From: a virus
Taxonomy: Duplodnaviria > Heunggongvirae > Uroviricota > Caudoviricetes
Direction: 5' to 3' (one strand)
Length of the DNA stretch: 64,000 nucleotides
Virus record (IMG/VR): IMGVR_UViG_3300036945_000242
Span: 1 to 64,000 of that record
Shown: positions 17,327 to 25,898 of the stretch, in pieces
Layout of the letters: every line of letters starts with the position of its first letter
How positions within the stretch are numbered: position 1 is the stretch's first letter
Notes under the pieces: generated by a model
Databases searched by the model: none
Seen by the model: the letters and a program-made list of their open reading frames with translations, nothing else
What the model was told of the DNA's origin: nothing
Made by a program: the position numbers and the translations under genes

Positions 17327-17736
17327 CTATGTTTATTATGAACGTCTAATCTACTCGCAGCAAAATCCGCTAACCCTTGTTTATTTTGGGCGGTAGCGGT
17401 AGTAAATAATTTATTTAACGATTGTATTAGAGTATCATTATCGGCAATAAGAGTATTTATCATCAACAAAGAACTCATCTTTTCATCGCCACATTGCTCA
17501 ATAGTAGCTAGGTCTAAGATAGTTTGTAGGCTAGATGGAGCGAATTCGTCTATCGCTCTAATTTCCTCAGCTATAACGTCAACCGCATCGTGTACTTCTT
17601 CGTATAAATCGCCGAAGAATCCGTGAAGCTGAATAAAGTCTATACCAGTAACATTCCAATGGAAAGAGTGAGTCTTGTAGTAAAACGCAAACATATCCGC
17701 TAGAACAATTTTAGCCGTGATTTTTAATTCATCCAT
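17299..17736 (-). CDS. Dps-like ferritin (DNA protection during starvation family)
   Basis: 145 aa. Ferroxidase-site pattern YKTHSFHWNVTG...FIQLHGFFGDLYEEVHDAVDVIAEEI typical of Dps. Confidence 0.55.
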   Translation of the reverse strand: MDELKITAKIVLADMFAFYYKTHSFHWNVTGIDFIQLHGFFGDLYEEVHDAVDVIAEEIRAIDEFAPSSLQTILDLATIEQCGDEKMSSLLMINTLIADNDTLIQSLNKLFTTATAQNKQGLADFAASRLDVHNKHRWMLTALTK

Positions 17737-17746
17737 TTATATACCT

Positions 17747-18421
17747 TTATTCCGTTTGCTGACGAATACGTTGTATTCTAGCCGTGTTATTCATTTTACT
17801 AGGCGGGTAGCTAATACCACCCACTGCGGTCATATCTAACTCAGCGGTGTTTAAATCTTCTGGGTCTTTAGGGCTAGTGATTTTACCGCTAGCCATAGCA
17901 GACAACTTCATATAGTCTTTAAACCCTAAGTTACTCTTACCAATATTGAATTTACTATTAGTATTAACTACTGGCGATTCAACTTTAGGTGATTTGATTT
18001 TTGTCGATTCTGACATTTCAGCTCCCGCTGTTTGTGGATTATATTTTGTTTCCATATTATCTATCTCGTGTTTGTGTGCATGCCAGTAGTCCATATGGTG
18101 AAGAAATTCTCCTACGCTTTCTAACCACTCCCTAGCCTTACCGTGATTAAACCGCCATACCGCTAATTCCTCATCATCAGGAGCTTTACCTTGTTCAAGG
18201 TGTAGGTCGTTCAACTTCATATAGTTATCCGTAGCTTTTAAAGCGTTTAATACCGCTACTGGGCTAGAATGACCTACTCGTTGAATCGTTTGTTGGAAAG
18301 CTCTAACAGCGTCCTCTGAGTGATGTAGATTTTTAGTTTTATATCCTCTAAACGTAAGTTCTGCTGGAGCGTAACCTACTGGGATATCTTCATAAAGGCG
18401 TTTTTTCATTTTGTATCCCAT
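17747..18421 (-). CDS. hypothetical protein
   Basis: 224-aa ORF. Confidence 0.35.
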   Translation of the reverse strand: MGYKMKKRLYEDIPVGYAPAELTFRGYKTKNLHHSEDAVRAFQQTIQRVGHSSPVAVLNALKATDNYMKLNDLHLEQGKAPDDEELAVWRFNHGKAREWLESVGEFLHHMDYWHAHKHEIDNMETKYNPQTAGAEMSESTKIKSPKVESPVVNTNSKFNIGKSNLGFKDYMKLSAMASGKITSPKDPEDLNTAELDMTAVGGISYPPSKMNNTARIQRIRQQTE

Positions 18422-18432
18422 TTATTTAGGGG

Positions 18433-19194
18433 TTATACTGGCGTTACGGTTATGGTAGCACTAGGTATGGCTGGTCTGACGTAAGGGGTAGTTTGAGCTG
18501 GAGTGTATTCTAAGCTTATACCAGAAACATTATTTACAGCGAATTTTACTTCTATATAGTCATTAGCGGATACGTTATCTAAAACCCATTGTTTAGACAT
18601 TAATTGATAAGCGTCTGTACCACCACCTTGTTTTATTTCAACTTTAACACAAGTTTCAGCTACATCAGAACCATTTTTAGCTAACCAGATATAAGCTTCT
18701 CTATTAGCGGAAACGGTATTTTTAATCTGCATTTCTAGAAATACAGTGTAAATTCCTGCAGTTGAAATGGAAATTCTACTAGGATTAGCTGACGTTACGG
18801 TAACGCCTCTAGTGTTTATGTGTGGCGTAGCGTCGGTGTACCAATCAAACGCATATACAGTATCAGCAACTGGTGCCGTTATGTTAGCTAATTTATGGAA
18901 ACATCCTTTACTCGATGTAATTCCGCCGACCTTTACTCCATCTGATAATCTAAGTTCTCCAGTATCTTGATTATAGAAAAGGTCGCCTTTAACGCCTATG
19001 TATTCGGAAGCCGAAGTTCCGCCCATTTTATCGGCAAATAGTTTGAAAGTGGTTGTCATTTTTATTATTCTTCGTTTATTATTCTTCGTGACCCATACTT
19101 TTACGTAGAGTATGGAATAGAGCGGTTCTGTGTCTTTCGGGCATTTTAGAAGGTAAATTAGCGTGGAAATTTTCTTTATCTCCAGACGCTGCAT
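18433..19194 (-). CDS. hypothetical beta-rich protein
   Basis: Likely starts at MTTTFKLF near 19059 to avoid overlap with the upstream gene. Confidence 0.35.
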   Translation of the reverse strand: MQRLEIKKISTLIYLLKCPKDTEPLYSILYVKVWVTKNNKRRIIKMTTTFKLFADKMGGTSASEYIGVKGDLFYNQDTGELRLSDGVKVGGITSSKGCFHKLANITAPVADTVYAFDWYTDATPHINTRGVTVTSANPSRISISTAGIYTVFLEMQIKNTVSANREAYIWLAKNGSDVAETCVKVEIKQGGGTDAYQLMSKQWVLDNVSANDYIEVKFAVNNVSGISLEYTPAQTTPYVRPAIPSATITVTPV

Positions 19195-19696
19195 ATTCCC
19201 TCATCTTAGTACCCGATACGCCTGAAGTATCATCAGCGTCCGGATCCCTATCGCCAGCTGAGTGTACGGTAATTTTATTGAAGTTATAGCTACCGTGTTT
19301 CCCTGGAACTCCGTTATATTTATGTAACAACTCACTCATAGTCCCCACCCTATCTGACCCCGCTATAACGTGGAGGTGGGTTATCCCGCTATCCGACATA
19401 TCCGAAGCGTGGTGTAAGATGGTGGGACTCGCCTTAGAGGAAGCTTTGATGTTAGTTCCTGGAAATGCCGCTTTAGCGAACTTAACTTTATCCTCGGGGG
19501 ATAAGGGGTTTTTCTTAGCGTCGTGGGAATGAGATAAAACCACTACGTGATCAGCGTTGTGTTTAGCTGCCACCTCGTGTACTTTATCTATTACTTTTTC
19601 GTGTCCAGCGGTGGGCGGGTTCATACGCCCATAAACTAAAACCCCGTGAGTATCGGGCTTGGCCGATTCGATTAGGTATTGAAAGAACGATTTCAT
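19079..19696 (-). CDS. nucleotidyltransferase, NMN/NaMN adenylyltransferase-like (cytidylyltransferase fold)
   Basis: H/TxGH motif YGRMNPPTAGH and C-terminal SGTKMRE (ISSTxIR-like). 205 aa. Confidence 0.5.
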   Translation of the reverse strand: MKSFFQYLIESAKPDTHGVLVYGRMNPPTAGHEKVIDKVHEVAAKHNADHVVVLSHSHDAKKNPLSPEDKVKFAKAAFPGTNIKASSKASPTILHHASDMSDSGITHLHVIAGSDRVGTMSELLHKYNGVPGKHGSYNFNKITVHSAGDRDPDADDTSGVSGTKMREYAASGDKENFHANLPSKMPERHRTALFHTLRKSMGHEE

Positions 19697-20886
19697 TATT
19701 TTCCGAACCTTAACATATTAGAACGAGCAAACTCGGCTCGGTTTACTAGCTTGGTAGGCTTACCTTCGTGATGAACTACAAAGCCCTCTGGTTTTGATTT
19801 AGTACCGTTAATGCTATGGTCTAGACCGCCTTCGTGTTGTTCTAGCGTAGATACTAAAACGTTCTTAGCTTTTTGTAAGTGGTCGTGCATCTTTAGTAAA
19901 TTATTATAGTGCTCTTTATTATTTTCGATATGGTGGATATCGTCGTGTAACGCTTGAGACTTAGCGTTTTTACTCTTTTCTGTCTTAACCTTAGCTATTT
20001 CTTTTTCGGCTTTTGCTGCGATATGACCTTGTAACCCTTTGTGAGTAGGGGTTTCGCCTGTTCTTACGGTGTGGTTAATGTAGGCTTTTAACGCTCCACC
20101 CTCGCCATGGTGCTTCTCGGTAGCGTCGTACATCTTATCACCGTGTTTAGCGTGAATTGATTTAGCGGCGTCTAAGTGACCTTTAAACTCTTTACTAGCC
20201 GCAGGCGTTAAGGCTACTTTACTGGTATCGTGCTCGGCGGTTTTATGGAATACGTCTTTGTGTTTACCGAAACCGCTAGTATCTGGATGTGGACTAGCTT
20301 TCATATCCGTAATATCGTTACCGTGATATTGGGTATGGGTTACTAAGCCTAATTTAGCGTGTTTAACCGCTTCGGCTTCTTTTCCTTTAGCGGTGTAGGT
20401 AATTGTGTTTGGCGTAAAGGAAGCGTTACCGTTATCGTGGTGGTGGACGTCGCCGTGAGTAAACATAACGTCGCCCTGATATACCCCGTGTTTAGGAGCT
20501 ACCTTGGGTAAGTGGTGGAGGGCGGATTTAAGCTTTTCTACCAATCCAGGAGCGTGTCCGTGGTTAGCTTCAATATCTTCGTTAGAGTAGTTTATTTTCG
20601 GAGTCTTGTTGAAAGCCGATTTAGTTGCTACGAAGAACTTATTATTCTCGGGGTGGTGGCCATACACTAAGCTAGGCGACCCGTCATACTTCATTGAAAG
20701 GTCAGTGCTATGCGCACCTGCTTTAACGTGGTCGTGAGCTTTTTGTAGAACGCCAAAAGCGTGAACCGCCCCTTTATACCCCGAGTTTAACGGGTGGTCT
20801 TCAGCGTGTTCAATATGTTTTAGCTTATCGTCGCTGGAGGCTTCCGCAGCCTCCATAAGCATTTTAAATTCTTTAAAATTAAGCAT
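19696..20886 (-). CDS. His-rich RNA ligase-like nucleotidyltransferase (Rnl1-type motifs)
   Basis: Motif I MKYDGSPSLV (T4 Rnl1 has TKEDGSLVS). Motif IV/V EGFVVHHEGKPTKL (T4 has EGYVAV...HFKIK). About 12% His. Confidence 0.45.
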   Translation of the reverse strand: MLNFKEFKMLMEAAEASSDDKLKHIEHAEDHPLNSGYKGAVHAFGVLQKAHDHVKAGAHSTDLSMKYDGSPSLVYGHHPENNKFFVATKSAFNKTPKINYSNEDIEANHGHAPGLVEKLKSALHHLPKVAPKHGVYQGDVMFTHGDVHHHDNGNASFTPNTITYTAKGKEAEAVKHAKLGLVTHTQYHGNDITDMKASPHPDTSGFGKHKDVFHKTAEHDTSKVALTPAASKEFKGHLDAAKSIHAKHGDKMYDATEKHHGEGGALKAYINHTVRTGETPTHKGLQGHIAAKAEKEIAKVKTEKSKNAKSQALHDDIHHIENNKEHYNNLLKMHDHLQKAKNVLVSTLEQHEGGLDHSINGTKSKPEGFVVHHEGKPTKLVNRAEFARSNMLRFGK

Positions 20887-22423
20887 TTACGTTTTCTCTG
20901 ATTAGGGTTGTTATATATCTAACTTGCTCAGTCGTTAAGCGTCTATTTCGAGTTTGCTCTAGATTGAGTGAAGATTGGTTAGCGGTAGGTATAGGGGTTA
21001 CTGGATTGGCTACCTTCTTTTTAGCTCTAGTCTTTTTCGGAGCATTAGGATCCTTCTTAGCTCTAGGCTTTTTCGGAGCGTCAGGATCCTTCTTAGCTCT
21101 AGGCGTTTTAATTTTAATCTCTTTACCAGAAGATACCATAGAAGACTGCGGGTCGCTTTGTGAGCTAAACTTCATATCTTGTCTAGCGATTTCGCGATGG
21201 GTATCATTTCCGTCCTTATCCTTTTCCTTTTTAGAGAAAACTACGCTACCACCTCTAGCCTCAATGTGTAATTTTTCTGGTTCTGACGTATGGTTTTCGT
21301 AATGTTTTTCCACATCTGTTATAAGGTGGTGTTTTATATTATCGCCTGAACCGTATGTTACGTGTCTATAATGTTCGTGTGTATCAGTAGATCCTGGATA
21401 TATGGGTTGATTATGCATAGGCGGATTTTTAGCACTTAACAAATGAACCAATTTAGCTTGTCTTTCTTCGTGCGTCGAATCCTCTCTATTTAAATGGTCG
21501 GCGAGGTCTTTAGCGGTCTTATGTAAAACGGTAGTATTTTTACGTTTAATGTCCGCTTTGACTTCTTCGGGTTGAGCCTTAAGCCAATCTTTTCTCTTTT
21601 CAGCCCCATGAACCTTAACTTTTCCCTTAGAGTTAGTGTAGGTCGTAGGCATCGTAGGATGAGCGTCTACAACGGATTTTCTATGAGCGATTAAATTCCC
21701 TTTAGCGTTTGGACCAGAATGTTCTATCCCAGGATTAGCTAATGGCACTTCGGGGCTATTTTTATCAGTCTTCTTTAAACTAATACCAGTAAATTTTGTA
21801 TGCTTTTTCTCATCATCTTTATGGTGAGAATGTACTACGATATCCGATGGGTCTTCATTTTGAGATGAATTGAATTTACCGCCAGTAGCACGTCCGATAT
21901 CTCCAGACTTTGAAGTCCAAACAACGTGCTTAATTACATGACCTTTGCCGTCAAAATGTTGCTTAATATCTGAGGCTGCAGATTTAGCTCTAGCCGCAGT
22001 TCTTGCGTACTCTCCAGGATGATTTTTTTCTAAGGTATCTTTAAGCTTATCGTGAGCTTCTTCGGGAGAATCACCTTCTATGTTAGGATGTTTTTCCATG
22101 TGTTTACCGCCATTAAGGTGGTAACCGACTAGAAGCTCGTGTAACTTTCCAGTTAAATCGGCTTTAGAAACCTTTTTCTTTTTCTCTTCTTCGGATTCTT
22201 CTTCTGGTTCTTCATCCGGATCTTCTTTAGATTCGTAGACGTACTTTGCTACGAGGATTTCCTCGCCATCTTCGTTCTCATCTACAATCCAATTAGTTAT
22301 ATTGTCTTGTTCTTGTTGTTCTCTCATAAGAGAGTCGATATATATACGCTCTTCTTGTTTACCGCTTAGGTACTGACTAAAGTTAATCATCATTTCCCCT
22401 ATATTCTTGTTTAACAGTTCCAC
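20879..22423 (-). CDS. His-rich protein with acidic tract and C-terminal basic tandem repeats
   Basis: 514 aa. Repeats PRAKKDP[DN]APKK near the C-terminus. No catalytic motif recognised. Confidence 0.35.
   Translation of the reverse strand: MELLNKNIGEMMINFSQYLSGKQEERIYIDSLMREQQEQDNITNWIVDENEDGEEILVAKYVYESKEDPDEEPEEESEEEKKKKVSKADLTGKLHELLVGYHLNGGKHMEKHPNIEGDSPEEAHDKLKDTLEKNHPGEYARTAARAKSAASDIKQHFDGKGHVIKHVVWTSKSGDIGRATGGKFNSSQNEDPSDIVVHSHHKDDEKKHTKFTGISLKKTDKNSPEVPLANPGIEHSGPNAKGNLIAHRKSVVDAHPTMPTTYTNSKGKVKVHGAEKRKDWLKAQPEEVKADIKRKNTTVLHKTAKDLADHLNREDSTHEERQAKLVHLLSAKNPPMHNQPIYPGSTDTHEHYRHVTYGSGDNIKHHLITDVEKHYENHTSEPEKLHIEARGGSVVFSKKEKDKDGNDTHREIARQDMKFSSQSDPQSSMVSSGKEIKIKTPRAKKDPDAPKKPRAKKDPNAPKKTRAKKKVANPVTPIPTANQSSLNLEQTRNRRLTTEQVRYITTLIRENVNA
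21000..21112. repeat. About 42-bp tandem repeat (2.5 copies) inside the CDS, encoding PRAKKDPxAPKK
   Basis: ggatccttcttagctctaggctttttcggagc repeated in tandem. Coding, not CRISPR. Confidence 0.6.
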
Positions 22424-22791
22424 TTACGCAAAGCTAGGGCTTTACGGGTAGGTCTTCCTCGTTCGTCTTTCATTGGACCGTCCACACCACTCATACGTGC
22501 GCAAAAGCTTTTACGTCGTTTAGCGTCTTTACTATCGGGGTCTAATTTTGAGGGTTCTTTCGTTACCGCCATCTTTAAATTTCCGCCAGTCTTAGCATTA
22601 TAAGCGTCTACGCCTTTTTGAGTTAAACCGCCTGTAGAACTTTTATGTCCTTTAGCGTCTATTGCGTATTCTAATAAACCTTCGTCTACGGGTACACAAT
22701 TAGGTACAGTTTTACCTTTTTTATTTTTCATGCCTAGTTGCTTATAGCCTGTCCAACAAGCTTCTTCGATGTATTCCGTAAATTTTAGCAT
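22411..22791 (-). CDS. hypothetical protein
   Basis: 126-aa ORF downstream of the promoter cassette at 22851-22884. Confidence 0.3.
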   Translation of the reverse strand: MLKFTEYIEEACWTGYKQLGMKNKKGKTVPNCVPVDEGLLEYAIDAKGHKSSTGGLTQKGVDAYNAKTGGNLKMAVTKEPSKLDPDSKDAKRRKSFCARMSGVDGPMKDERGRPTRKALALRKWNC

Positions 22792-22850
22792 AGTTTGTCC
22801 AAATAAATTCTTTCGTTTACTTATTTATTTAAAATAAAAACCCGCCTAAT

Positions 22851-22884
22851 TTATTATAACCTATAAAACTTTGCAAGTAAATAG
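22851..22884 (-). promoter_or_regulatory. Early promoter cassette (ttattataacc family)
   Basis: Minus strand TTTACT-TGCAAAGTTTTATAGGT-TATAAT. Flanked by direct repeats ataaaa(a)cccgcc at about 22833-22846 and 22895-22906. Confidence 0.45.
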
Positions 22885-22898
22885 TTTTAGACGAAATA

Positions 22899-22918
22899 AA
22901 ACCCGCCGAAGCGGGTTG
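22899..22918. terminator. Hairpin terminator (AACCCGC-ttcg-GCGGGTT) with T-rich flanks on both strands
   Basis: 7-bp GC-rich stem with UUCG tetraloop on minus, followed by TTTATTT. Ends the operon 22923-28008. Confidence 0.55.
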
Positions 22919-22922
22919 TTTA

Positions 22923-23465
22923 TTAAATACCTAGATTAGAATTTATATATTGTAAAATGGTAGCTTGGTGTTCTAACGTACAATTATCAAACTCTTGGGT
23001 AAACGCCATATATTCAAAGTTAGAAAGAATATTAGATATTTTAGTATCCCTACCCTTTAAGAACGTTTCCGATTGGTTAGATCCTCTATCTATATACCGC
23101 TGTTTTAAAACGGATTGCGGAGCCTTTAACGCTACGATATTAAATTCGCAATTTGGTAAGGAATACAGGTGGTCGTAGAATTTACCGTTAGTTAGGCGGT
23201 CACCTTCAAAGATAACATTAGAAGTAGTTTCCCGCATAAACTTTTCAGCATTAGGTTGCACACTCATACCCAACCTATCAGTACCCGCAAAAACCTCACC
23301 CTCCTCATACTTACCCAAAACGTATAAGTCTAACGCTTCGCAGTACATAGCGTGAATCATAGGCTCGGGTTCAACCGATTGCCAAGTTTTACCCTCCATA
23401 AATTTACGGAATAACGTAGTTTTACCAGTACCTGGAACGCCACAAACAGCAATAATTTTTCTCAT
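22923..23465 (-). CDS. P-loop kinase (Pnk-kinase/AAA_33-like); candidate DNA or nucleotide kinase
   Basis: Walker A AVCGVPGTGKTT (T4 Pnk has TIGCPGSGKST). Walker B VIFEGD. 180 aa. Last gene of the operon. Confidence 0.5.
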   Translation of the reverse strand: MRKIIAVCGVPGTGKTTLFRKFMEGKTWQSVEPEPMIHAMYCEALDLYVLGKYEEGEVFAGTDRLGMSVQPNAEKFMRETTSNVIFEGDRLTNGKFYDHLYSLPNCEFNIVALKAPQSVLKQRYIDRGSNQSETFLKGRDTKISNILSNFEYMAFTQEFDNCTLEHQATILQYINSNLGI

Positions 23466-24481
23466 GTAAACATCTCCAATCCTATTAGTTGTGCTTCCTC
23501 GTCGCTAAACATCCACTCTAACTTTTCAAATTTACCTGTTGCTAGAAATAGCGGATACTTTTCTTTCATAATTCCACGCTTTACGTCTAAGCGGTTATTG
23601 ATACTTTCGTTTCTAGCTTGCCATAAAACTTCCCAATCAATACCATACCAACCGTCTTGCCCGCAACGCTGAATTTCTTCCGCTTGTCGGTCTAGGTAAT
23701 ACCCTAGATAACGACCGTTGGTCGTTCGGAATAGTTTCTTATACGAACATAGACAAGTTTCCATAGTAAAGTAATCAATCTGACTAGCCAACTCAGGGAA
23801 TCGGCTACGCATTTCAATAAGAATATCCTCACCAAACGATTCAAGATTATTATATTCTTGTACGCTTAACTTCTTATCATAATCCTCATCCCTACCCGAA
23901 GCTAATAATAAGCCGTTACGATGCGAACGAGAACCGTCATAATCGCTTAACATTAAAGAACTAGGCTCAACGTCAATACCAGCGGTGTGCTTTAAGTGTT
24001 GCATATAAAACCATGTAGAGTACCTACCAAACTTGTGTAAATTAGTTTTAAGGGCTACCCATAAAGAATCAAAGTTCTCCTTAGAATCTCCTACGTAGAA
24101 CTGCTCAAGCCGTTCACGTTGAGAACTTTGACCGATAAACTTTTGATACGATTCAAACATTGACGGTAAATGACCTTTGTTCCACTTGGTATCGGTTTGG
24201 TATCGGAGTCGCTTATAATTTTCCGTATTCCACTTCTCGATTCTATCTACCGTTGCTAACTCAAAATCTGGGAACTCGTTCATAAGAACCCAAGAAGTTG
24301 GTAAATAGTACGTATTACCGTAAAACCACGCTAACCAAAGTCTTTGCTCGTCGTTGTGTTCGTAACGGGTATTCAAATAATTAGTCGCCCATACCGCTGG
24401 GTCGCAGTCGTTAAATTTCAACGACCACGCATACCAACGAATAAATCCTTCTCTACGATTTTCTTTTAAACGATAATCCAT
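23462..24481 (-). CDS. W/Y-rich all-helical protein; candidate base-modifying transferase (aGPT-Pplase-like?)
   Basis: 339 aa, no catalytic motif recognised. ATGA-coupled to the kinase. Confidence 0.3.
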   Translation of the reverse strand: MDYRLKENRREGFIRWYAWSLKFNDCDPAVWATNYLNTRYEHNDEQRLWLAWFYGNTYYLPTSWVLMNEFPDFELATVDRIEKWNTENYKRLRYQTDTKWNKGHLPSMFESYQKFIGQSSQRERLEQFYVGDSKENFDSLWVALKTNLHKFGRYSTWFYMQHLKHTAGIDVEPSSLMLSDYDGSRSHRNGLLLASGRDEDYDKKLSVQEYNNLESFGEDILIEMRSRFPELASQIDYFTMETCLCSYKKLFRTTNGRYLGYYLDRQAEEIQRCGQDGWYGIDWEVLWQARNESINNRLDVKRGIMKEKYPLFLATGKFEKLEWMFSDEEAQLIGLEMFT

Positions 24482-24484
24482 ATA

Positions 24485-25033
24485 TTAAAATTGTGTTAGC
24501 GAAGCTATCTTATTTACGCTAGCGGTATCAAAGATTTCAACACACCCACCCTTTCCCTTTTTATTAACTGCATTATAGATAACCGAATCAGTATAATCGT
24601 ATTCGCACTCAGAGAACGAATCACTGGTTATACGGAAAATGCTTAACTGGCAACCCGATTTTTGTTTACCCCAAAACTTGAATCCTATTTTCTCATAGAA
24701 ACCAACCGCAGATGGTTCAGACGATACTCGAAAGAAAGAAACGCCACGATTTTTCATATCGCTTAGCGAATTTTCACATAGAACTCTAGCCGCACCCTTA
24801 CCCCTGTGATTAGCGAAAGTATGTAAAAGTTGTAAGTTAGCTACATGAGGCTTTCGTTTAGATACGGTAGTGATGATGGCTGCCATCAATTGCGTACCCT
24901 CAAAAACGCCCCAACACTCGTCCCACTGCTTTTGCATATCCGCCTTAGCGACAAACGTTTTAGCAAACTTATCAGCGGGGTCGGTACTAATAGCAGAGAT
25001 AAATTCTTCTCTGGAACATTTACACAACTTCAA
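24485..25033 (-). CDS. GNAT family N-acetyltransferase
   Basis: GNAT motif A HRGKGAARVL and FYEKIGFKF. Confidence 0.55.
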   Translation of the reverse strand: MKLCKCSREEFISAISTDPADKFAKTFVAKADMQKQWDECWGVFEGTQLMAAIITTVSKRKPHVANLQLLHTFANHRGKGAARVLCENSLSDMKNRGVSFFRVSSEPSAVGFYEKIGFKFWGKQKSGCQLSIFRITSDSFSECEYDYTDSVIYNAVNKKGKGGCVEIFDTASVNKIASLTQF

Positions 25034-25898
25034 CGAACGTTCTCACTTTCTTACCACGGCTATCGTCGTGTTTGGTATTATTCCAGCCAATAAATTGAGC
25101 TAAGTCCCACTGCATTGGAGGGAACTTATAACCGTTAGCCGAAATAAGCTCATTAACGTCTGGACCATCGTTTAACGCTGCGTAGAGGAAATCTTGAACA
25201 AAGCGGAAACACGACTCAAGCTCTTCCCTATCAAGAGTACCACGGAAAAGGCGGAACTCAATTGTATCAATATGCTTAAGAGCGTACATATTTATAGCGT
25301 AGCGGAATGGGCGACCCATAGATACACCGTCCTTACCTGCAGCGTGCATTTTGATAAAAGAATCAAAATCGGTAGCTAGGTTCAAAATATTATCGCTCAT
25401 ATAATCGGGCATAGCTCGACCGCCATCAAACTTCAAATACATCTTGGAACCCTTAGCCCCTTTCATTTGATTGTGTTCAAAGAAACCATAAACACGGTCA
25501 ATAGTATCGGCTTGATTCTTCTTAATATAAGCGGTTAGACGCTTCAAAGCGTCAATATCATCCCGTAGTCCTGGAACTCGACAATGAATATGGGTATGAG
25601 CTGTAACACCAACCGTTGGCGAATGACCCGCATCGGTGAATAATTTTCGCAGCTCAAAGTAGCGATCTACCTGCTCCGCCCAAGTTTTAGTTGGCTTAGT
25701 GTTTATCTCTCCGCCGAAAGGAGGGTCTATACCTAGAGGGTCAGCGCATACGTTTTTATGTGGGTCTCGGAGGTTGATAATATCTCGTTCCGAATATTCC
25801 CAAGCACCCAGATTAACTGGGATTTCAAACGAGCGGGGAATATCGCCCCACTCAATTTCCATACCGTATGTAAATTTATCAGACGGATATTGTTTCAT
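25020..25898 (-). CDS. GCS2/glutamine-synthetase-like amidoligase (Amidoligase_2-type)
   Basis: N-terminal YGMEIEW and IEFRLFRGTLD (E.R motif) typical of carboxylate-amine ligases. Overlaps the GATase gene end. Confidence 0.5.
   Translation of the reverse strand: MKQYPSDKFTYGMEIEWGDIPRSFEIPVNLGAWEYSERDIINLRDPHKNVCADPLGIDPPFGGEINTKPTKTWAEQVDRYFELRKLFTDAGHSPTVGVTAHTHIHCRVPGLRDDIDALKRLTAYIKKNQADTIDRVYGFFEHNQMKGAKGSKMYLKFDGGRAMPDYMSDNILNLATDFDSFIKMHAAGKDGVSMGRPFRYAINMYALKHIDTIEFRLFRGTLDREELESCFRFVQDFLYAALNDGPDVNELISANGYKFPPMQWDLAQFIGWNNTKHDDSRGKKVRTFVEVV

Noticed and set aside
21000-21112. Tandem DNA repeats considered as possible CRISPR-like array
   Set aside because: Only 2.5 units with no spacers. 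They lie in-frame inside a CDS and encode a basic peptide repeat.
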